A stretch of 64,000 bases of DNA from assembly GCA_038322045.1 (NCBI GenBank), contig JBBQFP010000001.1, forward strand, positions 38,409-102,408. Direction: 5' to 3'. The notes under the pieces are model-generated. The model had not been told where the DNA came from. It did not search any database and saw only the letters and a list, made by a program, of their open reading frames with translations. Origin of the DNA: Actinomycetes bacterium (lineage in GTDB: Bacteria > Actinomycetota > Actinomycetes > JBBQFP01). Positions 9,472 to 19,100 of the stretch are shown here, in pieces (position 1 is the first letter of the stretch; each line of letters begins with the position of its first letter). Position numbers and translations under genes: made by a program.

Positions 9472-10458
9472 GTGACCGTCAGCGCCGACGAGATGAGCCT
9501 CGCCGAGCTGTCCGGCACGGTGGGCCGGATCCGCGCCTGCGTCGAGGGGGTCATCGAGGGCAAGCCCGAGGTCGTCCGGATGGCGCTCACCGTCCTGCTC
9601 GCGGAGGGCCACCTCCTCGTCGAGGACGTCCCCGGCGTCGGCAAGACCATGCTCGCCAAGGCCCTGGCACGCTCCATCGACTGCACGGTGCGCCGAGTCC
9701 AGTTCACCCCGGACCTCCTGCCCAGCGACATCACCGGCGTCAGCGTGTTCAACCAGGAGCGGCACGACTTCGAGTTCAAGCCCGGCGCCGTCTTCGCCAA
9801 CGTCGTCGTCGGTGACGAGATCAACCGGGCCTCGCCCAAGACCCAGTCCGCGCTGCTCGAGTGCATGGAGGAGCGGCAGGTCACCGTCGACGGCACGACC
9901 TACGTCCTCGACATGCCCTTCATCGTGCTCGCGACCCAGAACCCCATCGAGATGGAGGGCACGTACCCGCTGCCCGAGGCCCAGCGCGACCGGTTCATGG
10001 CTCGCATGTCCATCGGCTACCCCTCCGTCGAGGCCGAGCTGGCGATGATGGACACGCACGGCTCGAGCTCGCCCCTCGAGGACGTCGAGCCGGTCGCCGA
10101 CGCCCGCGAGGTCGCCAAGCTCATCGAGACGGTACGCACGGTCCACGTCTCGGACCCGGTCCGCCGCTACGTCGTCGACCTCATCGGCGCCACCCGAACG
10201 AGCCCGGACCTCCGGCTCGGGGCCTCACCACGCGCGACCCTCCACCTGCTCCGGGCCGCACGCTCCGCCGCCGCCCTCGACGACCGTGACTTCGTCCTCC
10301 CCGACGACGTCCAGGGGCTCGCCGTCGCCGTCCTGTCCCACCGGCTCCTGCCCACGGCCGAGGCGCAGATCGCCCGTCGCACCCCGGAACGGGTTGTCGA
10401 GGAGCTCCTCGACTCGATCCCCGTGCCCGGGGGTGCCACCCGCGGCCGGCGCGACTGA
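9472..10458 (+). CDS. moxR: MoxR-family AAA+ ATPase
   Basis: 328-aa ORF with GVPGVGKT (Walker A), VVVGDEINRA (Walker B) and ATQNPIEMEGTYPLPEAQRDRF. GTG 9472 is preceded by GAGGAG. Confidence 0.93.
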   Translation: MTVSADEMSLAELSGTVGRIRACVEGVIEGKPEVVRMALTVLLAEGHLLVEDVPGVGKTMLAKALARSIDCTVRRVQFTPDLLPSDITGVSVFNQERHDFEFKPGAVFANVVVGDEINRASPKTQSALLECMEERQVTVDGTTYVLDMPFIVLATQNPIEMEGTYPLPEAQRDRFMARMSIGYPSVEAELAMMDTHGSSSPLEDVEPVADAREVAKLIETVRTVHVSDPVRRYVVDLIGATRTSPDLRLGASPRATLHLLRAARSAAALDDRDFVLPDDVQGLAVAVLSHRLLPTAEAQIARRTPERVVEELLDSIPVPGGATRGRRD

Positions 10459-11753
10459 TGCGATCGGCGCTCGCGGGGCTCACCCGTCGCGGGCAGGCCT
10501 TCCTCCTCGTGGGGATCGCCGGGGTGACGACTGCCGTCCTCTCGGGGCAGCGCGACCTCCTCCGGGTGGGCATCTTCCTGCTCGCCCTCGTGGCGATGAG
10601 CGTGGGGGTGGTCGTGCGGACCCGCTACCGCGTCGCCTCGCAGCGCACGCTCGAGCCGGCCCGCACGACGCTCGGCAGCACCACCGAGGTCATGCTCACC
10701 CTCGACAACGTCTCGCGGCTGCCCACGGGCCTGCTCCTCGTCGAGGACCGCATCCCCTACGCGCTGGGGCCGAGGCCGCGCTTCGTCCTCGACCGCGTCG
10801 AGCCGCGAGGCACCCGTCATGTGCACTACCCCGTGCGCTCCGACGTCAGGGGGAAGTTCTCGCTCGGGCCGTTGACGCTGCGCCTCACCGACCCCTTCGG
10901 CATGTGTGAGCTGACGAGGTCCTTCACCGCGCAGGACGTCCTCGTCGTCACCCCAGCGGTCCACCCGCTGCCCCCCGTGGCGCTCGGCGGGGAGTGGGCA
11001 GGCAACGGCGAGAGCCGGTCACGCTCGGTGGCCGCCGCTGGCGAGGACGACATCGCGACCCGCGAGTACCGCCACGGCGACGAGCTGCGGCGGGTCCACT
11101 GGCGCTCCACCGCGCGGCTGGGTCAGCTCATGGTCCGCCGGGAGGAGCAGCCCTGGCAGTCCCGCGCCACCGTCCTGCTCGACACCCGCAGTACCGCGCA
11201 CGCCGGGGACGGCGCGACGTCGTCGTTCGAGTGGGCCGTGAGCGCTGCGGCGTCGGTCTCCATGCACCTCGTTCGGCGTGGCTACGCCGTCCGGCTCACC
11301 ACCGACACCGGCTCCGGCACGCTGTCGAGCGCAGGGCGGGAGGCCGACGCGGTCGGCGGGGACTTCGAGGGGATGCTCCTCGACAGCCTCGCCGTCGCCG
11401 AGACCTCCGCGGGACGGACGCTGCGCGCGGCCTCGGCCTCGGTCCAGCGCTCCGGCGGTGACGGCCTGCTCGTCGCCGTCGTCGGCATGCTCGACCTCGA
11501 CGTCGCCGGGGAGCTTGTCCGGCTGCGCAGCGGGACGACGACCGGCGTCGCCCTCCTCATGAACACCTCGACGTGGGTGGCGCTGCCGCCAGGGGTGGCC
11601 GAGGTGCGCGCCGGGTCCGTCGCCGCCGTCTGCGACCTCCTTCGCCACGCGGGCTGGCGGGTCGCCGTCGTCTCCCGCGGAGACACCGTCGCGGGGGCCT
11701 GGGAGCGCGTGGCCCGTCACCTCCAGACTGCCGCGGCGGCGGTGGCCCGATGA
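10458..11753 (+). CDS. DUF58 domain protein (MoxR-associated, vWA-like)
   Basis: 431-aa ORF whose ATG overlaps the moxR stop (TGATG). It has two N-terminal TM segments and the DUF58 signature REYRHGDELRRVHWRSTAR. Confidence 0.88.
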   Translation: MRSALAGLTRRGQAFLLVGIAGVTTAVLSGQRDLLRVGIFLLALVAMSVGVVVRTRYRVASQRTLEPARTTLGSTTEVMLTLDNVSRLPTGLLLVEDRIPYALGPRPRFVLDRVEPRGTRHVHYPVRSDVRGKFSLGPLTLRLTDPFGMCELTRSFTAQDVLVVTPAVHPLPPVALGGEWAGNGESRSRSVAAAGEDDIATREYRHGDELRRVHWRSTARLGQLMVRREEQPWQSRATVLLDTRSTAHAGDGATSSFEWAVSAAASVSMHLVRRGYAVRLTTDTGSGTLSSAGREADAVGGDFEGMLLDSLAVAETSAGRTLRAASASVQRSGGDGLLVAVVGMLDLDVAGELVRLRSGTTTGVALLMNTSTWVALPPGVAEVRAGSVAAVCDLLRHAGWRVAVVSRGDTVAGAWERVARHLQTAAAAVAR

Positions 11754-14209
11754 GCACCCGGGTGCGGCTCACCGTGCTCTCGGCCCTGTCCGTCGTCCTC
11801 GTCAGCCTGAGCCTCACGACGGTGTTCGCCGACGCGTCGTGGCTCAACCCCGCTCTCGCCGCGATCGCCGTCGTGGCCCTGACGTGCTCGCTGGCGCGGG
11901 CGTGGCGGCTGCCGCGATGGGCGGTGCCGCTCGCCGGGCTCGTCGGTCTCGTCCTGCTCCTCACCACGCTCTTCGTGCCCGAGCCCGCCGTCCTGCGGCT
12001 CTGGCCCGGCCCGGGGGCATGGCGCGCGGCGTGGCAGCTCGTGCTCGAGGCGAACGACGACGTCGTCCGCTACCGCGCGCCGCTCTCGCCCGGCACGGGG
12101 CTCACGGCAGTCACGGTCGCCGGCATCGGCCTCGTCGCCCTCGCCGTCGACACCGCGACGGTCACCTACCGCCGCGCCGTCTACGGCGGCGTGGCCCTGC
12201 TCGGCCTGTTCGCCGTCCCGGCCACGCTGTCGCCGTCGGGGGTCGGCCCCTGGCTGTTCCTCCTCGCCGCGAGTGGCTGGCTCGTGCTGCTCGTCGCCGA
12301 GTCCCGCGACCGGCTCGCCCGCTGGGGACGGCCGCTGGGCTACCGCGCCTCAGACGCCGCTCGGGAGCGCCGCTACGTCGCGGGCACGAGCGACCCCGTG
12401 TCGGCCGTCGGGCGTCGGGTGGGCCTCGCCTCGCTCGGCATCGCCCTCGTCGTGCCGATCATGCTCCCGGGGCTCGACACGCCGCTGATCTCCGGAGCAG
12501 GCCCGGGCCGCGGGAACGGCGGTGGGCACCGGACGGTCGCCGTCGTCAACCCGATCATCGACCTGCGCTCCGACCTCGTGCGGGGCACCGACACCGAGGT
12601 CATCCGCTACCGAAGCACCGACACCTCGCCGGACTACCTGCGCATGGTGACCCTCGACTCCTTCACCGGGGACTCCTGGGCGCCGCTGCCGCTGGAGAAC
12701 ATCCCGTCGAGCCAGCGGGTCGACAAGGGCATCCCACGGGTGCCGGGGCGCGGTGACACCGTCGTCGCTGAGCGCGTGCAGACGACCGTCGCCGTGCGCG
12801 ATCTCGCGCAGCGTTGGCTGCCCCTTCCCTACGGGTCGACGTTCGTCGACATCGACGGCACCTGGCTCTACGACCGCGACTCGCGCAACGTCTTCTCGAC
12901 CGACACGACGACCCAGCGCAAGACCTACGCGGTGACGAGCGAGCGGGCCAAGCCGAGCGCGGCGCAGCTGGCCCGAGCGACCTCGTCCGGGCCCGGGGGT
13001 CGGAGAACCCTCGAGCTTCCACCGTTGCCGGCCGTCGTCACGGAGACGGCGCGCACGGTGACAGCGAAGGCGACGACCCCCTACGACAAGGCGCTAGCCC
13101 TGCAGGACTGGCTGCGCTCGCCCACCTTCACCTACTCCACCGACGCACCGAACTCCAACGGGACGAACGCGATCGAGGCGTTCCTCCGAGACCGCCGTGG
13201 GTTCTGCGTCCACTACGCCTCGGCCATGGCCGTCATGGCGCGCAGCCTCGGGATCCCTGCCAGGGTCGACGTGGGGTTCACCCCCGGACGTCGGCAGCCT
13301 GACGGCAGCTGGGTCGTCACGCTGGCCGACGCCCACTCCTGGCCGGAGCTGTGGTTCGACGGGGTCGGGTGGGTGCGCTTCGAGCCGACGCCGTCGGTGC
13401 GCTCCCAGACCGTGCCCACCTACGCGCAGGGCCGCACCGGCACTCTGCCCGGTGGCGGCACCACCCCGCAGTTCCCCACGGCTGCCGGAGGCCGTGCCAC
13501 CGACGGCCTCGACCCGCGGCTGTCGCGCGCGGACCGTCAGCTCGACGGCAAGGACCCGGACGCGCAGGGCTCCCCCACGGGCGGGCCGTCCGGCGGTGTC
13601 GGGGTGACGACGGCGCAGCGGCCGGACCGGTCGTGGGCGCCGATCGTGGGAGTCGGCGCCGGTCTCGTGCTGCTGCTCGCGCTGCCGGGGCTCCTCGGCG
13701 CCGGACGGTCGCGCTGGCGGTGGCGTCGCGCGGCTCGCCCGGGGGCCGAGACGGCGTGGGAGCAGCTGCGCGACGACGCTCGTGACCTCGGGTTCCGCTG
13801 GGGCCGCGGCGAGACGCCGCGGCAGGTCGGGGCGCGGCTCTGCGCGGAGGCTCCACTGCTGCCGGGCAGCGAGGCGGCCACGGCGCTCGCCGGGCTGGTG
13901 CGGGGGGTCGAGCGGGAACGGTACGCGCCGAGGCCTGCCGGTGACGGGCCGGCGAAGCGGACGGCGGGCGGGGATGCCGCGGCCCTGCGGGTGCTCGCCG
14001 CGGCGGCGCGGGCGGGGCTCGCGGCACGCAGCACGCGCGGGCAGCGGTGGGCCTCCCGGGTGGCACCCCGATCCGTGCTCGATGCGGGGCTCGACGCCAC
14101 TCACCGGCTCGGCGCCCGCATCGCCGACGCCCTCGACTGGGCGGACTCACTCGGGCAACGTCGTCCGGGACGCCGCCCCGCTCACGACGGAGCCTCGGCC
14201 GTCCGCTGA
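11750..14209 (+). CDS. Transglutaminase-like membrane protein (TgpA-type)
   Basis: ATG 11750 forms an ATGA overlap with the DUF58 stop. It has a multi-TM N-terminus and a transglutaminase core: GFCVHYASAMAVMARSLGIPARV...DAHSWPELWF...WVRFEPT (Cys-His-Asp type). Confidence 0.9.
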   Translation: MSTRVRLTVLSALSVVLVSLSLTTVFADASWLNPALAAIAVVALTCSLARAWRLPRWAVPLAGLVGLVLLLTTLFVPEPAVLRLWPGPGAWRAAWQLVLEANDDVVRYRAPLSPGTGLTAVTVAGIGLVALAVDTATVTYRRAVYGGVALLGLFAVPATLSPSGVGPWLFLLAASGWLVLLVAESRDRLARWGRPLGYRASDAARERRYVAGTSDPVSAVGRRVGLASLGIALVVPIMLPGLDTPLISGAGPGRGNGGGHRTVAVVNPIIDLRSDLVRGTDTEVIRYRSTDTSPDYLRMVTLDSFTGDSWAPLPLENIPSSQRVDKGIPRVPGRGDTVVAERVQTTVAVRDLAQRWLPLPYGSTFVDIDGTWLYDRDSRNVFSTDTTTQRKTYAVTSERAKPSAAQLARATSSGPGGRRTLELPPLPAVVTETARTVTAKATTPYDKALALQDWLRSPTFTYSTDAPNSNGTNAIEAFLRDRRGFCVHYASAMAVMARSLGIPARVDVGFTPGRRQPDGSWVVTLADAHSWPELWFDGVGWVRFEPTPSVRSQTVPTYAQGRTGTLPGGGTTPQFPTAAGGRATDGLDPRLSRADRQLDGKDPDAQGSPTGGPSGGVGVTTAQRPDRSWAPIVGVGAGLVLLLALPGLLGAGRSRWRWRRAARPGAETAWEQLRDDARDLGFRWGRGETPRQVGARLCAEAPLLPGSEAATALAGLVRGVERERYAPRPAGDGPAKRTAGGDAAALRVLAAAARAGLAARSTRGQRWASRVAPRSVLDAGLDATHRLGARIADALDWADSLGQRRPGRRPAHDGASAVR

Positions 14210-14288
14210 GGGCTCTCCCGTCCCGCGGTGCGATGACCCGATGAGCCCGCCCCGTCCGCCACGCCGACCTGCGCACCGGCCCCAGGTC

Positions 14289-14352
14289 CGCCGATCTACG
14301 TCTGAACGTTGATCATCGGCGTTGTGGAGCAACGTTCAGACGTAGATCGGCG
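14289..14352. terminator. Perfect 22-bp inverted repeat with 20-nt loop between convergent genes (probable bidirectional terminator; function unproven)
   Basis: cgccgatctacgtctgaacgtt (14289-14310) is the exact reverse complement of aacgttcagacgtagatcggcg (14331-14352). The arms are about 55% GC, visibly below the local background. Confidence 0.5.
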
Positions 14353-14430
14353 CCAGGGGGCGCCAGGCGGCGCAGGGGTCGCCAGGGGGCGGCCAGGGGC
14401 GGCGCAGGGGCGCCAGGGGGCGCCAGGGAT
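14351..14430. repeat. About 8 degenerate tandem copies of a 10-nt G-rich unit (CGCCAGGGGG)
   Basis: cgccaggggg cgccaggcgg cgcaggggtc gccagggggc ggccaggggc ggcgcagggg cgccaggggg cgccagggat. There are six G4-5 runs, and with the terminal GGG seven runs of G3 or more, spaced by 5-6 nt (one larger gap of 14 nt). It ends 11 nt from the DUF3040 stop codon. Confidence 0.85.
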
Positions 14431-14440
14431 ACGGAGTGGC

Positions 14441-14866
14441 CTAGCGGCCTTGCTGCTCGTCGCGACGGCGGTTCCAGCGGTCCTCGACCCGGCTCATGAA
14501 GCCCTTGCGGGAAGCACGCGACGCCGTGCGGTCAGAGGAGCGACGACCTCCTGCGGGCCGTGTCTTGCCGGCAGCGGCATCCCCGGGGACGGCAACGTGG
14601 CTCCGGCTCGTCACGGCGAACAGGGCGGCCGCCAGCATGACGACGAAGCCGAGGACGCTCACCGCGATGAGCTTCGTGGCCACCCCGAGAAGGAGCAGGA
14701 CGATGCCGAGGAGGAAGGCGACGCCGGCGAGCGCTAGGCGACGGCGGTAGCGGCGCCTGATGTCAGCCCCGCGCAACGTGGAGGCGAACTTGGGGTCCTC
14801 GGCGTAGAGGGCCTGTTCCATCTGCTCGAGCAGACGCTGCTCATGCTCAGAGAGTGGCACCGGCAC
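14441..14866 (-). CDS. DUF3040 domain membrane protein
   Basis: 141-aa ORF. N-terminus reads PLSEHEQRLLEQMEQALYAEDPKFA, followed by two TM helices and a basic tail. Confidence 0.85.
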   Translation of the reverse strand: MPVPLSEHEQRLLEQMEQALYAEDPKFASTLRGADIRRRYRRRLALAGVAFLLGIVLLLLGVATKLIAVSVLGFVVMLAAALFAVTSRSHVAVPGDAAAGKTRPAGGRRSSDRTASRASRKGFMSRVEDRWNRRRDEQQGR

Positions 14867-14988
14867 CTCCTACGGAACGGCCCTCGTGGCGAGGGCGCCC
14901 GGTCGCTGTTTGCCCAGGATAAGCAGCGATGCCGCCAGGCGAAACCCAGCATCGGCCCTGAGCTGTCACGACCTGGTCACGGATGTCC

Positions 14989-16185
14989 TCACGGGGGGCC
15001 CGCGAGGGGTCGGACCGGCACCAGGGCGGCGGGTCGCAGGGCTCGTGAGCCGAACCGGGTGACCGCCCGGTCGACCGCAAGCTCTGCTTCGCGCCACCCC
15101 TTCTCGCGGGAGCCCAGGAGCAGCTGGCGGGGTGCGGCGGCGGCGTCGACCAGGCTCTCGACACGGACCCCGACGAGCCGCAGACGAGCCCGCTGCAGCC
15201 CGAGGGCGAGGAACAGCTCACGCGCACAGGCGTAGATCTCCTGGCCGACGTCGGTGGCCTCCGAGCGGGTGCGCGACCTCGTGATCGTCGTGAAGTCGGC
15301 GAACCTCACCTTGATGGAGACGGTCCGTCCGGCCAGGCCCCGCCCGCGCATCCGTGCCGCGGTGCGCTCGCACAGGCCGAGCAGCTCACGCAGGACCACG
15401 TCAGGGTCGTCGATGTCGGTCGGGAAGGTCTCCTCGGCACCGACGCTGCGGTCGGGCTCGACCGGGACGACCGGCCGATCGTCGATCCCCCAGGCCAACG
15501 TGTGGAGATGGGCACCCGCCGCAGGGCCGAGGGCACGCTGGAGGGTGCCGCGGGGAGTCGCTGCGATGTCGGCCACGGTGCGCAGCCCGAGACGCACGAG
15601 GACCTCCTCTGTGCGTTCCCCCACCCCCCACAGCGCACCCACGGGCAACGGGTGCAGGAAGGAGATGACCTCCTCGGGAGGGACGACCAGCAGGCCGTCG
15701 GGCTTGCTCCGGGTCGAGGCAAGCTTGGCGACGAACTTCGAGGCGGCCACGCCGACCGAGGCGGTGATGCCCTGCTCGTCGGCGATCCGGTCGCGCAGCC
15801 GGTGGGCGATGGCGACCGGGCTGCCGAGGCGTCGTCGGGCACCCGTGACGTCGAGGAACGCCTCGTCGAGGGAGAGCGGCTCGACCAGCGGGGTGACGTC
15901 GCGGAAGATCTCCATCACCCCTGCGGAGACCTCGGCGTAGCGGTCGTGGTCGGGCGGCAGCACCACCGCGGGTGGGCACAGCCGTCTCGCCCGTGCCATC
16001 GGGATGCCCGCTGACACCCCGAAGCGGCGGGCCTCGTAAGTGGCCGAGAGCACCACCCCCCGGGTACCGGCACCCCCGACGATCACCGGGAGGCCGCGCA
16101 GCTCCGGTCGGGTCAGCAAGGACACCGAGGCGTAGAAGGCATCCATGTCGATGTGAAGGATCGTCGTGCGGGCGTCCTCAGCCAC
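14989..16185 (-). CDS. dinB: DNA polymerase IV (Y-family), last gene of the dnaE2 operon
   Basis: ILHIDMDAFYASV and SLDEAFLDV show an intact catalytic Asp/Asp-Glu set. The little-finger region ends in QLLLG. GTG 16185 overlaps the dnaE2 stop by 8 nt; ATG 16242 is an alternative start. Confidence 0.92.
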   Translation of the reverse strand: MAEDARTTILHIDMDAFYASVSLLTRPELRGLPVIVGGAGTRGVVLSATYEARRFGVSAGIPMARARRLCPPAVVLPPDHDRYAEVSAGVMEIFRDVTPLVEPLSLDEAFLDVTGARRRLGSPVAIAHRLRDRIADEQGITASVGVAASKFVAKLASTRSKPDGLLVVPPEEVISFLHPLPVGALWGVGERTEEVLVRLGLRTVADIAATPRGTLQRALGPAAGAHLHTLAWGIDDRPVVPVEPDRSVGAEETFPTDIDDPDVVLRELLGLCERTAARMRGRGLAGRTVSIKVRFADFTTITRSRTRSEATDVGQEIYACARELFLALGLQRARLRLVGVRVESLVDAAAAPRQLLLGSREKGWREAELAVDRAVTRFGSRALRPAALVPVRPLAGPP

Positions 16186-19100
16186 CGGAGCTCCCTGCGC
16201 TGGAGTGCCACAGCTTGCGTGGTGCCGACTTGCCGTCTTCACCGGCCGGCTTGATGTCGGCGTAGGGCGACTGACGGAACCCCGTCGGGTGGACGAGGAC
16301 CCGACGTGGGCCCATGCCCCCCGCCGTCGAGCTGCTGGGGTCGCGAGGCTCGTACCCCCCTGGCGGGGAGCCCACCGGTGGCCGCACCATGACCGGTCGG
16401 CTCGCCCTGCTCTCCGCCGCCGCGAGGACCGCCTCCTCGCTGAGCAGCTCGACCGGAGCCGTCATGAGCTCGGCCACCGCCGGCAGGCCATCGCGCTCCC
16501 AGGCCGCGTGCAGCACGGGCAGCTCCCAGCACCCGGTGGCCCGGATGGAGATCCCCCGGGGTCCCGTGCGCCGGAGGAACCCCCGGACGACGAGGAGCCA
16601 GGTGTGGAACAGTGTCGCGGCGTAGGGGCCCTGGGCATCTTCGAAGAAGGTGGCGTCGAGCGGACCGGTGGCGTCGTCGAGGGTGAGGAACACGACCCGC
16701 CGTCCGGATCGGATCGGCGGTGTCTGGGTGGCCACCTTGACCCCTGCGACGAGGACCTCGGCCTGAGAGCGCCGGGAGAGCAGGTCACGGGCCCGGGTGA
16801 CCTCGAGGGCGTCGAGGAACGGGACGTAGAAGTCGATCACATGCCTGCTGGCGTCGAGGCCGAGCACCTCGAGCTGGGCGCGCACCTGCTCGGCCGAGGT
16901 GAGCTCGGGCAGGCCGCTGACCCCGGGGGCGTCAGGGGCGTCACCGAGGTCGAGGCCGAGCTGGACCCCCGGCTCGGCCCGGACGGCTACAGGGGCCTGG
17001 GATTGACGTGCGGCCTGCTCACGGACCCCGGTCGGGCCGCCGGCTCCCCCGCCCAGGGGCTCGGCCCGGCGCCGTCGTCCGACACCCGGGCTGCGGCTGG
17101 CCCTCGTCCACCGCTCGAGGTCGGCGACCTGGAGGAGGAGGTCCCGCCTCGTGACGCTGCCGCGGCGACGGGTCTGCGTGCCCGGACCCAACCCGTAGAG
17201 GGAGTCGAAGGCGCCGGCGAGGACGAGCCGCTCGACGACCGGCCGGGAGACCGCAGCCCGGTGCCAGAAGTCGGCGAGGGACCCGTAGGGGCGACCGGCC
17301 ACCGCCCGCGCCACCTCTGCCTCGGAGATGCCCTTGACCTCCGAGAGGGCCAGCCGGATGCCATAGCCCCGGGCGTCGGGCAGGCCGGGGACGGTGGGCG
17401 CTGCCGGAAGGAAGGGCATCCCCAGCACGTCAGGGAGCTCCTCCGGCGGACCGAGCCGCTCGACCCGGTAGGAGGAGTCCGAGGCGTTGACGTCCAGACC
17501 GAGGACGCTGATCCCGAGCAGGCGTGCGTCGTCGAGGATCAGCCGCTTGGGGTACATGCCCGGGTCATGGGTGAGCACCCCGGCGAGGAACGCCGCGGGG
17601 TGATGGGCCTTGAGCCAGGCCGACTGGTAGGTGGGCAGGGCGAACGCCGCGGCATGGGCCTTGCAGAAGCCGAACGAGGCGAAGGCCCGCAGCACCTCCC
17701 AGGCCCGCTCCACCGTCGGGACGTCGTACCCCTTGGCTCTCGCGGCAGGGACGAACCACTCCCGGACCGAGGGCTGGCTCCCCGCGTCACCGATGGCCCG
17801 GCGAGCCTCGTCGGCCTCGGCCAGGGTGCACCCGGTGAGCGTGGCGATGATGTGGAGCACCTGCTCGTGGAACACGACGACGCCGTAGGTCTCGGCCAGG
17901 GCGAACTCGAGATCGGGGTGGAGGTACTCCGGCTGCGACCACCCCTGCCTGGCTCGCAGGAAAGGGGTGACCATGTCGCTCTTGACGGGCCCGGGCCGGA
18001 ACAGCGAGATGTCGATGATGAGGTCGGTGAAGGTCTCGGGGGCGAACTTGCCCACGAGCTCCCGTTGACCCGGGGACTCGATCTGGAAGCAGCCGAGCGT
18101 GTGCGTCGACTGCACGAGCGCGAACGTCGCAGGGTCGTCGAAGGGGACGGCGTCGAGGTCGACGTCCTGCCCGTCGACGCGGGCAACCTCGGCGACGGCG
18201 TGCGACATCGCCGACTGCATCCTGATGCCGAGGACGTCGAGCTTGAGCAGGCCGAGGTCCTCGACGTCGCCCTTGTCGAACTGGCTCATCGGGAAGCCCA
18301 GCCAGCTCGCCTCGACCGGGGTGCGATCGAGCAGCGTCGCGTCGGAGAGGAGCACTCCGCAGGGATGCAGGGCGACGTGGCGCGGCAGGCCGTCGAGCCG
18401 CTCGACCAAGGAGAACAGGAGGTCCAGCCGCGGGCCGGCCAACCCGCTCCGCCGCAGCTCCGGCAGCTCGTGCAGGGCGTTGCGGACGTCGCGGGCGCGG
18501 ATGTGCGGGAAGGACTTCGCGAGCGTGTCGATCTCTCCGGGCGGGAGCCCCAGCGCGGCGCCGACGTCGCGGATCGCATGACGCGCGCGGTAGGTGTCCA
18601 TCATCGACACGCAGGCGCAGCGGTCGCCGCCGAACCGCTCGAGGATGCGCTCGTAGATCTCGGTGCGCCGGTCGGACTCGACGTCGATGTCGACGTCGGG
18701 CAACGCACCGCGCAGTGGGGAGAGGAACCGCTCCATGAGCAGGCCGTGGCGCATCGGGTCGACCCCGGAGATGCCCAGCGCGTAGGTGACCAGGCTGCCG
18801 GCCCCGGACCCGCGCGCCGCCACCCGGACCCCCATGCCGCGGATGAGATCGACGACGTCGGCCACGGTGAGGAAGTACGTCGGGTAGCCCAGGTGCCGGA
18901 TGACATCGAGCTCGTCGTCGAGGCGCCGGCGGACCTCGGCCGTGAGCGTCATCGCCCGGCCGTGCAGGCCTGACTCGCACCGTGCGCGCAGCACGGCATC
19001 GGCGGCTGCCGTGCTCGGCGTCGGTGACCCGCCAGCTGCCGCTGCGAGCCCCAGGCCGCCTGCGGAGACCTCGAGCTCGGGGAAGTGGACCTCACCGATG

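Noticed and set aside
14351-14430. Possible CRISPR array (also considered for 61302-61516)
   Set aside because: The repeats are contiguous 10-nt or 117-nt tandem units with no unique spacers. No cas genes are in the window.
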